Source: Terracidiphilus sp. (GTDB lineage Bacteria > Acidobacteriota > Terriglobia > Terriglobales > Acidobacteriaceae). Taken from it: 64,000 nt of DNA. Positions within the stretch are counted from its first letter, which is position 1; each line of letters starts with the position of its first letter. Under the pieces are notes generated by a model. That model did no database searches. It was given only the letters and a program-made list of their open reading frames with translations, and was not told where the DNA came from. Of the stretch, positions 62,490 to 64,000 are shown piece by piece. Both the position numbers and the translations under genes were made by a program. The DNA lies in NCBI GenBank assembly GCA_036267935.1, contig DATAVC010000020.1:5608-69607 (forward strand). Direction: 5' to 3'.

Positions 62490-64000
62490 TCAGTGGCTGG
62501 GGCTTGATTCGACCAGCGTGACCGGACCCAGAAGTCCTGACGGCAGCGGCTGCAGATTCTGCATATCCTGGGGCACAAAGCGCACGCCGTAGCGCGCCGA
62601 GAGCAGGCGGTAGTCGGGCTGGGGATGGCCGGCAAGCTCGTTGATCGCGGTGTTGCCCACAACGATGCGCAGATGGTTGGTGCCGGCATGGAGAAGACTC
62701 GTGACGTTGACGCGGTACGGCGGACGCCAGACATAGCCCGCCGACTTGCCGTTGACGATGACCTCGGCGGCTTCGCGCACCGGCGGGTCGAGGTAGGCAC
62801 GCATGTTGTGGTCGCCGGGCGGCGAAGGCAGCGGCTCGGGAGTTGCCTTGCCGAAGTCGAGGAAAAGCTTTGCAGAGGGGGCGAGCTGATCCGAACGAAG
62901 GTCGAAATTCTTTTCGTAGACCGCGGTACCGGAGAAGAATTGCGTTGCCGGATTGGCGGTCCACGATTCGAGCTGATCGAGGCTTGAGTGATTGTGGGTC
63001 TCGCCAAAGCTGACTTTCCATTCCCTCGAGAGATCGGTCACGATCGCTTCGCGGCGGGGTGATTCTGGATTGGCAGCTTTTGCGTCGGCTGAGAAGAAGA
63101 TGAGGCGCGACTCGTAGGGCGCGAGTGCAAGATCGATCCGCTGGGAATCGGATAGACCCGCCACCGCGCCGGTGAACGTGTCCCACACTTCCGCATGTTT
63201 AGCGATGTCACGGAAGTGCGCGGTGACGAGTTGGTACTCATTGGAGGTGTTGGCAACGAAGTAGAGATCGCCGTCGCCCAGCTTGCGATGGATGAAGCCG
63301 ATGGCCGGCACGCGCGGCGACAGGGTCATGTCGGGCTGGGTGGACTGGGCAATCGCGGAACCAAGATCGACGTCGCGTTCGACAAGATGGGCAGTCGAAA
63401 CTTCTCTGTGAAACAACGTCTGCGAGATTTCCTTGATGCGCGCCGAATCCTCGGCAGCGTGCATCAAGCCGGGGCTCGTCGTCGGCGCGTGGTTTGTCGC
63501 GATCACGATCCCGCCTTTGCGTGCGAAGGCCAGAACCTTCTCATAGGTCGCAACCGGTAGCCGGTCGATGTTGGGAAGCACGAGCACCTTGTAGGGAATG
63601 CCCACGGAGTCGATGGCATCCGCGTCGATGAAGTCCACGTTGAAGCCGGCGTCGAGAATCTGAGTGATGACTTCGTTGCCCAGGAACTTGTCCATCGACT
63701 CGTCGACGCTGACGTTGGAGCCCGATTCGTCAAAGCCGGCCATCGAAGTGGGGGACGCGCGTTTTTGGATCGTAGCTTTGAACGAAGCCCACACATCGTC
63801 GTTGGGCAGAAGCAGCGCGACATCGTTCGCCGGCTGGCCCTGCCGGAGCGCCCAGCTTGCCCGCTGCAGATATTTCGTCAGGTCGGGCATCGCGAAAAAC
63901 CATGGGTTGTGCGCGTCGAGTGCCGCAGCGGCATACATGCGCCAGCCTGGCTCGCCCGCGGATGGAGGCGAGTAGGGCCAGCCGTGCCCGACGAGTTGAT
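62490..64000 (-). CDS. glycosyl-hydrolase-like jelly-roll-domain protein (5' end outside window)
   Basis: The frame stays open to the window edge ('..QLVGHGWPYSPPSAGEPGWRMYAAAALDAHNPWFF'). The C-terminal 'AEVIVNGKSAGYVWRPPYRVNVTSLLHAGTNHLRIVVGNTAINELAG' is a sugar-binding jelly-roll tail typical of large GH-like proteins. Confidence 0.7.
   Translation of the reverse strand, partial: QLVGHGWPYSPPSAGEPGWRMYAAAALDAHNPWFFAMPDLTKYLQRASWALRQGQPANDVALLLPNDDVWASFKATIQKRASPTSMAGFDESGSNVSVDESMDKFLGNEVITQILDAGFNVDFIDADAIDSVGIPYKVLVLPNIDRLPVATYEKVLAFARKGGIVIATNHAPTTSPGLMHAAEDSARIKEISQTLFHREVSTAHLVERDVDLGSAIAQSTQPDMTLSPRVPAIGFIHRKLGDGDLYFVANTSNEYQLVTAHFRDIAKHAEVWDTFTGAVAGLSDSQRIDLALAPYESRLIFFSADAKAANPESPRREAIVTDLSREWKVSFGETHNHSSLDQLESWTANPATQFFSGTAVYEKNFDLRSDQLAPSAKLFLDFGKATPEPLPSPPGDHNMRAYLDPPVREAAEVIVNGKSAGYVWRPPYRVNVTSLLHAGTNHLRIVVGNTAINELAGHPQPDYRLLSARYGVRFVPQDMQNLQPLPSGLLGPVTLVESSPSH

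Overview
High-GC, gene-dense chromosomal segment. I call 57 protein-coding genes and recognise no rRNA, tRNA, CRISPR array, transposase or integrase. The gene content looks like a soil Acidobacteriota-type genome, but that is inference and I cannot verify it. Layout: (1) 1-20.5 kb is housekeeping and catabolism: MCP fragment, ribBA, a CrtI-like FAD oxidoreductase, a GGDEF protein, an APC permease, a histidine-utilisation set (hutU, hutI, FtcD-type formiminotransferase-cyclodeaminase), a GH31 alpha-glucosidase, purQ, a PHP-type tyrosine phosphatase and an SDR. (2) 20.5-45.3 kb is a large isoprenoid/hopanoid neighbourhood bracketed by ispG and ispH. It contains an HpnB-like GT2 coupled to an MFS gene, queF, a MarR-GNAT fusion, an adaptor-TPR-TolC-hpnJ operon, two half-size DMT genes, and a 12-gene co-directional run: ispH-shc-hpnH-orf-hpnA-DUF488-hpnG-adh-adh-hpnC-hpnD-hpnE. 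(3) 45.4-64 kb holds an XRE/S24 repressor, a lone receiver domain, recN, a complete Tol-Pal cluster (tolQ-tolR-tolA-like-tolB-pal-cpoB), a DUF4189 protein, a LarA-like protein, korAB, a MATE pump, a dienelactone hydrolase and a truncated glycosyl-hydrolase-like gene. Most interesting: two Zn-dependent dehydrogenase genes sit inside the core hpn operon next to hpnG. They are candidates for the genetically unassigned ribosylhopane reduction step. One of them carries five 33-bp tandem repeats (an 11-aa repeat) at its 5' end. Other points: uncharacterised genes translationally coupled to hpnG and hpnH; an exact 13-nt motif shared by the shc and hpnA upstream regions; an adaptor-TPR-TolC set with no pump, co-oriented with hpnJ; an ArnE/ArnF-like pair after hpnJ; and an AT-richer DUF3592 gene plus a 9-bp tandem repeat wedged between hutU and hutI. 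All functional links are hypotheses drawn from sequence motifs and gene order. No database search was possible.
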